Shown: piece after piece, positions 23,601 to 39,500 of the stretch
Position numbering within the stretch: position 1 is the stretch's first letter
Layout of the letters: each line of letters starts with the position of its first letter
Assembly: GCA_973851085.1 (NCBI GenBank)
Contig: OZ316775.1
Location: 14,694,001 to 14,758,000 of the forward strand
Direction of reading: 5' to 3'
From: Ptychomitrium polyphyllum
Lineage: Eukaryota
Length of the DNA stretch: 64,000 bases
Translations under genes and position numbers: made by a program
Notes under the pieces: model-generated
What the model was told of the DNA's origin: nothing
What the model saw: only the letters and a program-made list of their open reading frames with translations
Databases searched by the model: none

Positions 23601-26393
23601 TTGCCGTTGGTTGTAAATATCATGCCATTCATCTTGAGGAGCAAAGATTATTTCAGAAGGGGCTCACTAAGATGTTGAGGCCTCCAGAGTTGCATCAAGA
23701 GATAATATGCCAAAAGCATGATGGAGATGCGGCCCATTTATGTATAAGTGGCAGCATTATATTAGGTCAGGAGTCCTTTGGTATTTTCCATAATTTAGGG
23801 TTTTTAATAATGAAAATTCATTATGTAGCAAATTAGTTTTCACTTAAGTAGGTATTATGTATTTTAAGTCAGTATTGTAAAAACCCTTTGTCTTTCTAGC
23901 AACTATCTAGTTGGTTCAAGTCTCATGATTTGTTCTAAATTAAAGGTTACATGATTTTTTTAAAAAAGAGGTTGTGATATTCAAATATATCTATTATATT
24001 TAGTATATTCAAAAACTTTTCTATAAGTTCTACTTTTACATGTAATGTATGTTACTACTATTTATAATAGACAATCATGACAATTCAAAGTCATGACATA
24101 TGATCATCATAATAATTATTTACATCTCTACTCCCATTGGTAATTATAATGAAGTCTTTGGTAGTAGAGAATAATTTGTTAAAAAAATTAGAAATTTGGT
24201 TCAAGTCTCATGATTTGTTCTAATTTATTTAATAGATTATAAGACCTAAGTATATTTCTTAGATTTAGTTCATTATGCTAATTCTTCCATAACTTCCTAT
24301 TTAGAGTAAAATATCATTCATAAAAGATAATCATTATAATTAAAAGCCATGAGTTTTCATCACTATTGTCATGATTTATATTTCCATTATATTGAGGAAT
24401 TGAAATGATTTCCTAGTTATAAGAAACAATAGTGGATAGGTAATTCTTTAGATACTATAATAGTTCCAAAAACATCTATTTAGAATTTTTTCATAAGGTT
24501 TTCATTCCCATTATCTATATGTAATTTGAAACAATTAGTTGTGAGACTCTAATTTGAAACTTATTTTCTTGAATTCTAAAATAAAATTGTCTATTGATAA
24601 ACTTTACAAATTTAATCTATACTCAACAATAAAGGGTACTATTGAATTGCTGTTTGCATTTCAAATTATATTGCTCATTTTGTCATGTCAATCTTTTATA
24701 TACTTAACAACTAGTGGATGCTCAATTTATCCAAGCTTATTTGAATAAGAATGTAAATAAATAAGTCATAATCATTCCTACAATCAATCTTTGGCATTTA
24801 AATGAAGAAACCACAATAGCAATAAGCATTGAAATGCACACAAATGTGCTTTTAGTTTAATGAAATTTAATATGAAAAAAAATTCAAGATTTAAAATTGA
24901 AAGAAATATATTTTTGGAGAATATACTTCAAATTTAAAATTGGCTTACCACTATATAAAGTGATTATAGGTACTTCTCAAATTATATCCTATAGATGTCT
25001 ATTCCAAAATTTAAACACTTTAAGTATGTAAGAAAGGAAAATTTAATCCTTTCTTTTTTTCACATTTTTACACTAAATGGAGTGTATGATAGCTTTATCT
25101 TACTTCTAGATTTTTTGATGATTCTAGAAAACTTATACACAATTTTTAATTCCAAGAAAATTGTGTGGCATGAGCATTTCAAAATCTACTCCTTTTTAAT
25201 TCTATTTATTTTTGGTAAATGTGGGTTCAATTTGCAACCTTAAATTCTAAATTTGGTAGCAAAAAAAAGCATTCAAAATTAGGAGTTTAACAAAAATAGA
25301 TTCAACTTCAAACTTTTAAAATTGTGCACACAAGTGTTGATTGTGGTGGTCGAGTGATGAGAGACTTGAAGCTTGCAAGCAACTTAGAATTGCCATTCAA
25401 GTTTAAAGCATGAATTTAATAGGTTATACACAAGAATGAACTGTAATATACTTGTTTTATGTATCCAAATACGTTTACATACACTAATAAGGTCTACTTC
25501 TTTTGGCATTTTTTTCAATTACATAAGTATCCTTGATTTTGCCAAAAACAACCGTTGTTAGAATCTAAAGAAACAATATTTACACCTTCCATGTAGGAAT
25601 CCGAGTAGACATTTCATCTACATAAAATTGTAAAGTGTGAATTGCTATAGATGGCCCACAAAAAAGGGAGGGTCTTTACAACCATTCCATAAGGAGTAAA
25701 TTTAGACTACAATGCCTATACTTATTTTTGACGTATTCATTGGAAGACTCCACCTTAAACTTTCTATCATTTGAAAATTGTAAGCTTGTTTATATCTAAG
25801 ATAGGTTTGAATGTAAAGAAATTAAAAGTTCTCACTTGTGGAGGATATCGATTTCCTATATAGTCGAATTCATTAAAAAAAAAAAGATGGGCCATGGTCT
25901 TGAAGTGTTCACCCTCATACTAGAACCTCCAGAAAGCTCCAACAACTTCCCATACAACCCCCTCACTGATCCCTTATACGCACAGTGACAAGGAGCCTCG
26001 TCTGTTCTGGCCTGGAACCCTGTCCACCGGGCAGAACATTCTGGGTGGAACCGGCGTGTCCGGAGGGCCGCACCGAGTGTAATAGACGGTTAGTTAGTTG
26101 GTGAGCATTGGGAAGTTCTAAGAATCAGCCACAGAAAGCCGAAGAAACTAAGTTAGGGCTTCTACTCAACCCAGTCTGTTAGTTTATCACTGTGCAGTTT
26201 CAGGCCGCTAATGATGGGATTAGGGTTGATGGTTTTCGCGGTTGAGGCAGCAACAAGATTGCATCCCATTTGCATCATCATCCTGGATGGTCTTATGTTT
26301 TGATATGGTTTTCGTTTTTTGGATTTCTGAGTGGCAATGAGCAACCGGGTATGACTGGTTGCATTTCTGGTGAGAGTGAATAGTGTTCCAAAC

Positions 26394-29092
<2,699 letters not shown>

Positions 29093-29678
29093 ACACAAAT
29101 GTTCTCTATAAAAAGGCTGAATGTCTTGGTTGCTTAAGATAATTCATGACTTTCCAAACTGAAGATTACAAACTAAAACTTGAATTACAACTACGATTAT
29201 ATCATGGCGCCCAGAGTATCAATATGTAGATTCTAATCCAGATAAATCTACATAGAGTTGTTACTTTGATGAGGACTACGTCATTGTATCCTGTAGCACA
29301 CGTGAATTTTCGACGTACGACAAGATGCTATTGAGGAGGCAAGCTTTGGCTTGGATTTGAGACCTTTGGAACACTATGTGAACTATGGACTCTTCTCTGG
29401 AAATGATTCCATCTGCACCCAGGTGCATCGAAAATTCCAGAACGCTACTCACACATCAACTCACGAATGTCATGAATGATAACGCTGCAAGGTCAAGTTC
29501 CAAATCAAAGGGTATTAAAGTGCAGATGATGAAGAACTAAATATGACATACCAATTGTACTATGAATTACAGCTCGCTTGATTCTGAGAGCGGCAGAGGA
29601 ATCACAGCGCACAGCTGCTTCCAGGAGCGAAGGAATCTCGCAAGGAAACCGCTGCAATAGTAGTGGAACATCAATAAA

Positions 29679-30809
29679 CTATTCATGAATTAAAGTACAC
29701 GATCTCCTGGATAACGGCCGCGGTGACGCTGCGGTTGGAGGTGGAGCTCTAGCGTCGAAGTCTCTGGAAGGATATGGTCTCCACACAGCGAGAGTGTTCT
29801 CCGATCTGCTCGAGACCCGCCGAGAGGGCCTTTGGCGATGCGATTGCTCTCGAAAGGTGCTCATGTCAGTGACTGGAGTCAACGGACTTAACGACAAGGC
29901 GACTGGAGAGACCGACGGCACTGAGGAGGCCGATCGAGAGCGAATTCGTCGCAACCTCCCGCTGCCGCCTTTCGGAGTCACACGGTGAGCTCCGAGGGCC
30001 AGTCCTCGCGACGTGGATTGGAGGAATCCCGTCGGGTGGAGTGCGGAGGTTTGAAACACACAATTTAGGCCACCTTTCGATACATTCGTGTCGCTGTGCT
30101 GCTTGCTCTCGGGCGCCGCGCTGAAGGCGTTTGCAGAACTGCAGAGAGGGCTAGAGAAGCCTTGTAGATCCGCCGTTGTCAATCGTGATGCACCCATCTT
30201 ATGGAGACGGCTGGAAGGGCCTTGCGGATCCACCATTGTTAAACCTGATGAGCACATTGAGAAGACTCGTTAGCCCTGCAAGTCATCCAGAAATTGTGGA
30301 GATAGAGCATCGTCCGAAATTTGAGGTCATAGCCATGACTTGCACTTACATACGAGCTCGACCAAAAAGCGAGAGAGATGGAACAGGCTCTTACCATTAC
30401 AGCCCGTGATAACAACGTGACGTTTTTGTGCCAAGTGCACGGATCCAGCTAGAGCCGATCCTTTGTCCAGCGCTGCTGCATTCACCGATCCTTGGTGACT
30501 GAACATGGAGGAGAAGTCATGAAGCTCCTGAGCGGAAGGATTGGCTTGAGCGCTCCTTGACTGGGAGGCGGCACTGCTCAAGACACCGGAGTCGTCACAT
30601 ACTAAGCTTACTCGGAACGAGGAGGCGTGCACATCATAGTCCTTACCGGACTTGGCGCACCCCTTCACGTAGTTGTTGACGAACACCCGCAGCAGATGCA
30701 CTGGCGACAACCGAGTCCACAACCTCACTCTGCGAAGCTGGGTCCGAACTCTAGGCTTAATTGAGATTTGCTTCTGAAACGTCTTTTCGTTTGTGACAAC
30801 AAAATCCAT
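29679..30809 (-). CDS. Hypothetical Ser/Arg-rich protein, ~326 aa; exons 30809-30395 and 30244-29679 (5' end uncertain)
   Basis: Two long ORFs in a GC-richer island join in frame through a 150-nt GT-AG intron (AATG|gtaaga ... catcag|GTTTA, both phase 1), giving 981 nt from the ATG at 30809. Confidence 0.5.
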
Positions 30810-32937
30810 TGAGAAGATCGACTTAGCAAGAGAACTTAAGTATCCTCGCCGGAAAATTCTGTCGCAATACTCATCGGTGGCCAAGGCTCAGCATACCAGA
30901 GAGAAGATCGATCCTGCGCAGTAACTCACCCGCACTACTCAAGTTCTGTTGCATTTGCCCCATACATACTCTCACTAATCACCGCAAGCAGCATTGTACC
31001 GAGATTCGATATACCTGCTGAGAATGAGGCCGACTTCCGGAACAGTTCGTGCGATTGAGAACTCCGAGGAATACTGTGGAATAGAGATTCATTGAATTTT
31101 AGCAGAAATACTATTACTGTAACAGAGAGGCGGCTAATCGAACTTGAGCACAATCGTAGTTCCTGCGCCCGACACTAAAGATAGTAGAGTCAACCTTACA
31201 AGCCCTGAAGTCAGGCACGCCAAGAGTGCCGGCCATGGCGGATGATGATTACCGAACTACCGGCTATACCCACCAGAGCAAAAGTTTATGCAGACCCTGC
31301 AGTAGCTCGCTGCGCTGCAACAGGCGAGATCCCACTTCCTGGTTACAATCGAGAAGAACTGGTTATGAGAAGTAATCTTTCTAGGCAGAGATATTTCAAA
31401 TGTGGGAGGGACAATTTATAGCAAGAAGATGAGCAGAACATGCGCTTCACTATGATTACACAAGACTATTCTCTCCGCAGTTTGACTAACAAAGAAGAAG
31501 GCGGTGAACGAGATGACCACTTAGAAACTCTTTAAACCCTTGATTATCATCCACACTGGAATGGATATGATAGCCGGTCAATAACTCATTTAGCAATCAT
31601 GTGGTATATTTGAGAGAAATCTTTCAATTGTTTGTTGATCGGCAGGCGTTTGGGCGCTGCTTGACGTGTACAGCGGAAATTCTTTGCAGTGGAAATAAAG
31701 TGCTTCCTCTTATTTCAAATACATAAATTTGCTTCTATCGAAAGATGAGTTGAGTTGGATCGAGAATTTCTCTTCAATCTCCAACTGCTTTGATCCCAAA
31801 TATAGATTGAAGAGAGCTCAAACTACAAACAGGGGAGAGAGTGCCTGGACATTGTGAAACCTGGAGAAAGTAGAAAGAAACCGATGAGATCCCGGATGTA
31901 GTGGTCGAGGCAGTGGCTTTGCTCGCTAGTTGCATGTCGTTTAGAACATCGTTGTAGGGCCTTGGTCGTATCGACAATGGTATACTGAATCCCTATCAAA
32001 AAACATTGGAGAGAGAACACCTGGACTGCAGTTTTTGGCCCCATTCTCTGTGCACAGACTTTTGAGGTGTGCAATCCACGATGTTATTTCTTTCAAGACT
32101 CGTGAAATGCACTACGAGCACAATCGGATGGCAGTTCCCCATATCCTCCACAACTACCCCGTGATGAAGAAAATCCTCCAAGGGTCCAGGAAGGTCATCC
32201 TTATACTTCCGGTTGGTACAAATCCGATACCCTTTTCGAAGCTGGTCTGGTTCGATCGGCTTTGGATACATTATTAACAATGACAACTCCATCTTGCCAC
32301 ACTGTAAGTAATGTGAGCAGAGAAATATATCCTTCCTGATGTACCATGTATTCAATGAAATACATTGTTCACATCGGATGGTAACTGTACTGGTCATTGC
32401 CCTTGCATGACTTCCTGGCTCCTGCGCAAGAGCTACGCACCCAGTTGGAAAACAAGGATGGCTTCAGGTTGTACATCCCTAGACGTAGTAAAATCAATAT
32501 TGTCGAATTGAATCAGCTATTTTGCACGGTGACAGACATGGTTCATGGATCATACAGGAAATGTATGCTTGTACAACAAATGACCAGCTGTCAACGGGGT
32601 GAAGAAAGTGGTTCGTTGACAAGGAATTTCAGAAGCAACTCTTGAACTGTCCCGAGAACTGTTGACAGTTACGCTTCGGTATACAATTATTTTTGCTTTA
32701 CGATTTTAGGAGTGCTTCTCTCACTATCAAACTTGCGAGTCCCTAGAGTTCGTGACTGACTACTCAATGGAAAATCAACTGTTGCAGATCATGTTTGCAT
32801 ATGTTCCCAAAAATCATGAAGTTATGAACGTGATCGGTGCATCCATGAAATGTTTAAGTTTGTGAATATCTTGAGAAATTGAGAGAATCCACGGATCGCT
32901 GAGTTGTATTTTGCATTTCTGCAGCCCTCTCTAAACC

Positions 32938-33264
32938 TTATTTACGGAACCCACCGTGCAGTAGTGTCTCGAGCTCGTTCATGAGACTCATCCGAGTCCC
33001 AGGTAACTTGAGGTCATCAACGTACAACATAATGATGATGGAGCCATACGCATGGTGACAATAATAAATGATAGGATCAGCGTTAGATTTGCGCATACGT
33101 TGACTGCGAAGATACTGATCAGCACGACAGTACCAGGCACGCAGACTTAGTTTAAGCTCCGAGTAAAAAGCTCCGAGTAATCTGCAGAACTCAGAGTCAT
33201 GGCGGGGCACGACAAATCCCTCGGGTTGTTTTAAATACACTTCCTTGTTAAATTGCTCAATCAC
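32938..33264 (-). mobile_element. Ty1/copia reverse transcriptase (RVT_2) fragment, decayed
   Basis: EVYLKQPEGFVV...CRLLGAFYSELKLSLRAWY...SNADPIIY...IIIMLYVDDL matches the copia RT motifs EEVYMxQPEGF, LYGLKQAPRAWY and LYVDD. Confidence 0.88.
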
Positions 33265-34031
33265 TGTTCCTCTGAATGTGAGAGGTAGATTACTTCCAAT
33301 CGTCGTCTAGGTAATAAGACTTGAGGACTGTTAAGTTAGATGTTACTTTCAAGGGCATTGAAGCTTGAGAGAGAGAGTAATGGATACCTTGCACGGACAG
33401 ATTTTTTGAGATTTGGGGCCAGTTACTAGAAATCACACTGTTGAATCAAGCAGCATGCGAAAAAATTCATCCTTGAAATCGTTGCCCACATGGTGCAGCC
33501 TGCATTGCCTGTATTGCAAGCAAGTGCCACATGTTCCCAGACATCTTTTTGGCTTGAAGCTTAGTGCTCAGAAACTATCTTCTGATAAACCTCCTATCTT
33601 CACCCACGATGAGTTGTAGTGGCAAACGAAACGACAAGTTGGGACTTGATGCAATATTGTGTTTGGACACACGAGATGCCAAAGGTCACACCACCTACGT
33701 CTTTTTCTTTCCTGAAACAACACCGTAGAGAGAGGCCCAACCTAGCTCACATGATCATGAAAAGTATGCTCGGACTCCATGAAAAGTAGCGCGGACCCAT
33801 CTTTGCTCGTATGCGCCTCCCCCCACACTCTTCTTCAATTCAACAAATGAGGTTAACTGCAGAAAGGACTGTGCCGGCGTCCATTTGCAGGGCCTTAGTT
33901 TAATGCTCCAAGATTAGGTCAAACTTAAATACCTTGATTGAGCAAACGTTCGCCACTCTCGTAAGCTATGCTCTGGTTTGTCATTTTGGGAAGAACAATA
34001 ATTTTTATGATCATGTGGGACATTCAATATG

Positions 34032-34039
34032 TATAAATA
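34032..34039 (+). promoter_or_regulatory. Candidate TATA box (TATAAATA) upstream of the CFAP144-like gene
   Basis: A consensus TATAAATA lies about 200 nt upstream of the ATG at 34233. Confidence 0.4.
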
Positions 34040-34232
34040 GTGCTGCTATAGAATTGCTAAGAAATGCTCTGGTCTGGCAAGTGGGACATCTCTGTATTGC
34101 CACAGAATTGATGAGAAGGCAAAGTCACGTGCATTCGATTATTGTAAAATTGACATGGAGGCCAAGCAATGCAATTGACAGTGTTGGTTGATATGTGTCA
34201 AAGATTGAAGAGGGAAGAGAGCAGCTGCAGCC

Positions 34233-35934
34233 ATGGCTCCCAAGACGCCTCCCAAAGCCCCATCGCCTCCGAAAACGCCCACAAAGCAGTACCGGAAGAA
34301 TACTCCCTTGGACCCGATATCTGCCAACAAAATCTGGGCAGATGTGTGCAACAGGACCGAAAGAATGGAAAGGAAGACTGGCCCCTTCCAACTCGATGTC
34401 AGGAAGTGTGAGGGCCATGTAACCCTAGTGTATGCTGCTGATTGAAGCACATAATCATTAAGTGAAGATTTAACTCTAATGCTTGTTTCGGTTTGCACTC
34501 CATTCTTTCTCCCATGTCTTCGGTCATCGTTTCTCCTTTGAGGTGAAGCAAACGTAGATTGGAACATTTATAGCCAGAATAGCATGCACCCTAATTATGA
34601 CTTCAGAAATCCTTAGAATAGTTGTAGCTCAATCTTGAGCTGGTTCTGCATATATTGTATGACTGTAAGATTGAATGGTTCATAGAGCTTCTTGAATGCA
34701 GTAAGTGGGGCTTAGACATCGGTGAGATACGACTTCACATATGTCAGGAACCTTTACTTTTCTATCAGAAACTGTTTGATGACTTCAAAAGTATGTGATG
34801 CTTTCGGTGTGGAAGTTTGTTGCAGCTATATAAGACCTTTAGATATTAGGGCATGTTCGGACGTGGTTTTGGCCAAGATCTGGTGTCAAGGTCTTGTTAC
34901 AAGGAATGTAACCTGGCTACCAGCTCTCTTCTTTGCTGAAGGATTTGGACACTGGCTTCAAGAGAAGAAAATTCGTTTAAGTTTTATATGAACCAGTTTG
35001 ATCAACGAAGTGTAGTGTAGTATGTCTATGCACCTGAATTTATTGTGTTGTGTTTGTTGCCATTCTTTGCAGTGATTGTCATTGCTGAGAAACCTAACAA
35101 CGTAACCCCAGATGTGAGAGGCAAGTTTGCTAAAACCCTTTTGTTATTTTTATGCTCCCTGATGATTTGCAGTGACCAGTATGTATCTGCTCCGTTGATG
35201 TATCCTGATTTTGTCACCGTAAATTCCTTAGTTTGAACTTGGAATTAGTTCAAAGTGGGCAGTAACGAAGAAAGAATATGAGGAGGCCATAAAGTTGATG
35301 GAGAAGGTGGATCCAATCAAGCAAAGAGAGAAAGTACCACCTGAGAAGTACAATCTTCCCCTGACAGTCGCCCAGGAGTATGGCTGGTACAGCAAACCGT
35401 TGGTAAAACTTCGCAACTATCAGATTCATCTCGACAATTGCATCGCGTGTCCACTTTCTTGCATACGTATCTACATAGGGAATGCTCAATGCTTGTAAAA
35501 TTATTTTACCTATCTAAGCTGTCTGCAACTTAATAGGTTCTCTGTCTTCAACTAAGATATGCTACTTATGTCTGAATTAGCCTGAACTGTTTTCTGATAC
35601 TATACACTGCACACATCATAGAAACCAATGTACATTTGTGGATTCGATCCTCAGTTCCTTGCATAGACTGAGATGTCTCCTAAATTACTAGCAAGACAAA
35701 TGGTTTTGAAATTGGAAAAGAGATGGCTATAAGCTAGTGATGTGTTGCACTTTGCAGATCAAGAAGCATCCATTGTTTAATTATCCAAAGGGCATGTGCG
35801 AGATTACAGAGTATGCAGATGCTTATTATCGAAGCCAAGGCAGAAATCCTTTTCAAAGGAGGGAACCTATTTTGAAAGAAGACAAAGGCAAGGGCAAGGG
35901 AGGTCATGCTAAACTAAAAACTCCTGCCAAGTAG
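34233..35934 (+). CDS. CFAP144: FAM183/CFAP144-like ciliary microtubule inner protein, ~179 aa; exons 34233-34407, 35073-35120, 35263-35402, 35758-35934
   Basis: The spliced product contains PLDPISANKIWADVCNRTERMERKTGPFQLDVRKLIVIAEKPNN, PPEKYNLPLTVAQEYGWYSKPL and FNYPKGMCEITEYADAYYRSQGRNPF. This matches the recalled FAM183 pattern (D-x-x-x-x-N-x-I; KP; P-x-x-KY-x-x-P-x-T-x-x-QE-x-GW; H/Y-P-x-x-x-x-[DE]IT-x-Y). Intron 2 boundaries are ambiguous: GC donor 35121/acceptor 35262, or GT donor 35114/acceptor 35255. Confidence 0.8.
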
Positions 35935-36299
35935 TAAACATTGTGGAGCTTCATGCATTTTTGAGAATATCCTTAAAAATTTTGTGCGGTGGACATGAGA
36001 TCCTGGCATTTATATGTTGAATTCACTGATTACCGTGCCGGTAATGTAGTGTACTATTTATTTATGACGTTGTTGGAAGGTTTCAAATAAAGACTTTGGT
36101 TGACCCGTGTTCTGTAAAGAGACTTCGTTCAAGTAGGAACAAAGATGGCCCCTCAGTAACAGTAACCGGTTGGTGACCACTTGAATCGGTAACTTCATCA
36201 CACGGCACCTTGCTTGTTGGTAGTTGGGAACGTCTGGTCTATCTGTCAGAGGCTTCAACCAAATCACACCAAGGACAGAACCAAGGACGAAACCAATGT

Positions 36300-36396
36300 C
36301 GAGGTGACAATAGCGTACAGACAGGAATTCTACTTGAGATAGCGTATCAATGACGAGGTGACAATAGCGTATAGACAGGATTTCTACTTGAGATAG
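36300..36396 (+). repeat. Local ~54-bp tandem duplication between convergent genes
   Basis: cgaggtgacaatagcgta(c/t)agacagga(a/t)ttctacttgagatag occurs twice in tandem. Confidence 0.85.
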
Positions 36397-36560
36397 AGTG
36401 CTTGAAAGAGCTGCTTGAAGACTGTCATTAATCTACCAGAAGAGATTTCATAGCCTAGGCACACAAAATAACACAACCATAAGAATACTCGATCAAAGAG
36501 CTGTACCTTGTTATTCAGTAAGAAAATGCTGAACATAGGACCTCCAGTGCCAAGGTTCAC

Positions 36561-39500
36561 CTAGTTTGCAAAGGTCGTCTTCCACTGTTTGCTAAGCCGA
36601 GCCAGATTTTTCTGGACAGACTCTGATACATTGCATCCACTAATAGAGATTTCAAGACCCTCCTGTGAAGCATTCAGATCTTGGTCCCGGTTCTTAACTG
36701 CCAGATCTACTGAGTGCTTCATGGCATCCAACGGAATAACCTAGAACCAAAATCATCATCCATCAGTACTCCCCAACCAGACACTAATTTTACTGCAACT
36801 AACTGATAGCAAATTTCGTGGTGAAAACAGCACACTAAACATGATATAAATCTTGGCGTCAACAGCTAATTACGTGGATGTTTGAAGTATCAACTCTACA
36901 TTATAAATGCATGACTCTGGTCAATATTTGAAGTAATTAGCAAAACAGCACCTAACAAAGATTCTATCAAATAAAAAAGCCAAACAACACACTGCCACAC
37001 ATTTTAGAAAAGTTAAAGTTCAAAGCGTTATTTCTATTTTTAGCTTGGACACTAAAGATTTAAATGATGTTTGAGCTGGACATGCCAAAACCTCAAGGAG
37101 ACAAGAGCTTAATGTTCAGCATACTAACCAGTGTCTGCAAGAGTGCACAATTGGAGAACAGCATGCGACGCAGATTTGGAGAAAATAAGTAGACTTCAGT
37201 AAGATTCTTGCAGCCACAAGCATCTACTGATTTTAGCAATCGAGATTGCACGTTCAACCTGTTGAAAAAGTTGAAAATCACTCAATTTAAACTAATTTCC
37301 AGGTGCAGACAGTATGAACAGAAAACAGTGTCATAAAAGTGTTTGTAAGAACCACATTGAACTAAGACCATACGTCAAATTGAGATCAGAGTTTACAAAA
37401 ATGTCAATAAATACACCAGAATCTCAATTCGTCTATTCCATACTTCGAACTATCTGTGTCCTTCTCAAAAACAATCAATTACTCTGAAAAGCTACAAGAG
37501 TATTCACACCACGAAGCAACATTTTGATTGTACAAGTACCGAACAGACACAATACATACCTTCTGAGAGAAGCGCAGCCTTGAGCTTCAAGTCGCACTAA
37601 AGTCGCTTGAGGTATCTCTAATCGTTCAAGTCTATCACAACCTCCACAGCGAAGCTCCCGCAATGAAACAGTTGAGTCTAAGATGGTAGAGAAGCCTACT
37701 GGTCTCAGTAAGCGACATCCATAAACATTCACATTCTGAAGTGAACCGCAAGTGAATCTTGCAATAGTCTCCAACGACTCTGCAGATGAAATTAGGATAT
37801 AAATCAGAAATGTTAGACAGACTCTAAAACACATAACCGAGAATTCAACTTCCGGTAAACTAATAACCACAAGCAAAGATCTGCAAAATCCACAGAACAC
37901 AGCATCTACTGTCTGAATCAACAGCTTATATTTCCTAAATAACTGTAATGAATTGTGAGTACTTTCAGCACCTTGACAATTAAAGTTCAACATGCCAATA
38001 CGCATTTTGCCAAAGGAATAGAATTGAGAACCTAACGTTGTGAAGCTCAAAAATATTTTCAGCATTTGAACATTCACTCTCCCAAATTTGGATAGAGTTA
38101 AATAACAAATTGTAGAGTCTACTTAATATCTTGACAACTAAACATTCATTTATTAGCAAATACAAAAAACATACCACAAAGGGAGAGATTGCAAGAAAGC
38201 AGCTCCGGACACTTCAACTGAAGACGGATGAGCCTTTTGCAGTTTGATACATTCAGTGTCTGCAAATATGGAGCCACCAAGCATAGATCGTCCAGCTACA
38301 TTCAAGCAAGAAATCCAACTGGTGTATCAGCCACTATGATATCACTACAACAAATGCCATAACGTGAGTCGAACTTCATTGCAGAAAGATACAATGATAT
38401 ATTCAGCATACAAAGAAAGTGCAGACAAAAAACGCAAGGTAAACTAAACGTCCACCTACTTAGGGTTGTCCTTTACAACTACCTAACTACGCTAATAATA
38501 ATTTACTAAAACCTCTCAACCGTCTAAAGATTTCAGATCTTGATTCCAAAGGATGAGTACGAAGGAAATTCTGAGTGCGGAGAATGTCCGAATCCTAAGC
38601 CGACTTGTCGAAATCCCTATTACTTACATAAATGAAAAACCAATCAACTACATAAAAATTGACGAGCTCTCTGTACATTCTATGAACATGTTTGACAGAA
38701 TGCAAGTGAAAATAGGTAACGATTCTGCTCACATATTCGAAATAGTTATAAAATCACTTGCTTCATGTTCTTTGATGTTTAAAATGATAATGTAAAATGC
38801 AAAGTCTAGATCAACTAACTTGTGAAGAGGCAAACTAACCTTTGGACAAGCTGCAAGACTAAGGTGCCGAAGAGACCCCTCACTTGAAAGTTGTATAAAC
38901 AACCGAGGAATGTTAGGCAGCTGGGCTGCTGTCAAATTCTCCAAGGCTGATATTGGTGGAAGTCGCAATCCCGCGCTTGTCACTCCAGAGCACCTTGATA
39001 TGTCTAAGGAAATCAGAGAATCCTTAGATGGACCCCTCAGCAGTGCCTGCATTTAACAATGTTGAGACCCTGGAATGAAACGACAGATAGTATAACTCAC
39101 TATACAAAGTGCTATGCAAGGAAAAGCAGGAAAAAAGATCATATATAGTAGGTGCATTCTTGACATCTATAATAACCTGAGAATGGATAAAAAAATTCAA
39201 CTTAGCTGCACAGATAAATATCAAAGACGACCAGGATAACGAGGATAAAGGATTTAACAAAACAAACCTGAATTCCTTTATCAGTTATGTCACTGCACCC
39301 AGCAAGAGACACTGACCTCAAACCCGTAGCCTTCCAATGTTCCTCGTCACTGCCGGTCACAATTCGACACATTGTGAATTAGGTGAGGTACGCCAAAAGA
39401 ATACCAAGTGGATACAAAGTATATCACTCAGCTGATATACCAGCAGACCAAACATCATATTACATGACCGGCCAGACAAAACAATCAACCACAAAACTGA

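Noticed and set aside
23911..24223. Exact 28-bp direct repeat (ttggttcaagtctcatgatttgttctaa) about 285 bp apart
   Set aside because: Too long for a typical TSD and no element structure lies between the copies. It is most likely a local duplication in AT-rich decayed sequence.
31774..32645. Cluster of 65-133 aa ORFs next to the copia RT fragment
   Set aside because: No recognisable motif or consistent splice model. It may be a decayed relic, but I cannot support a call.
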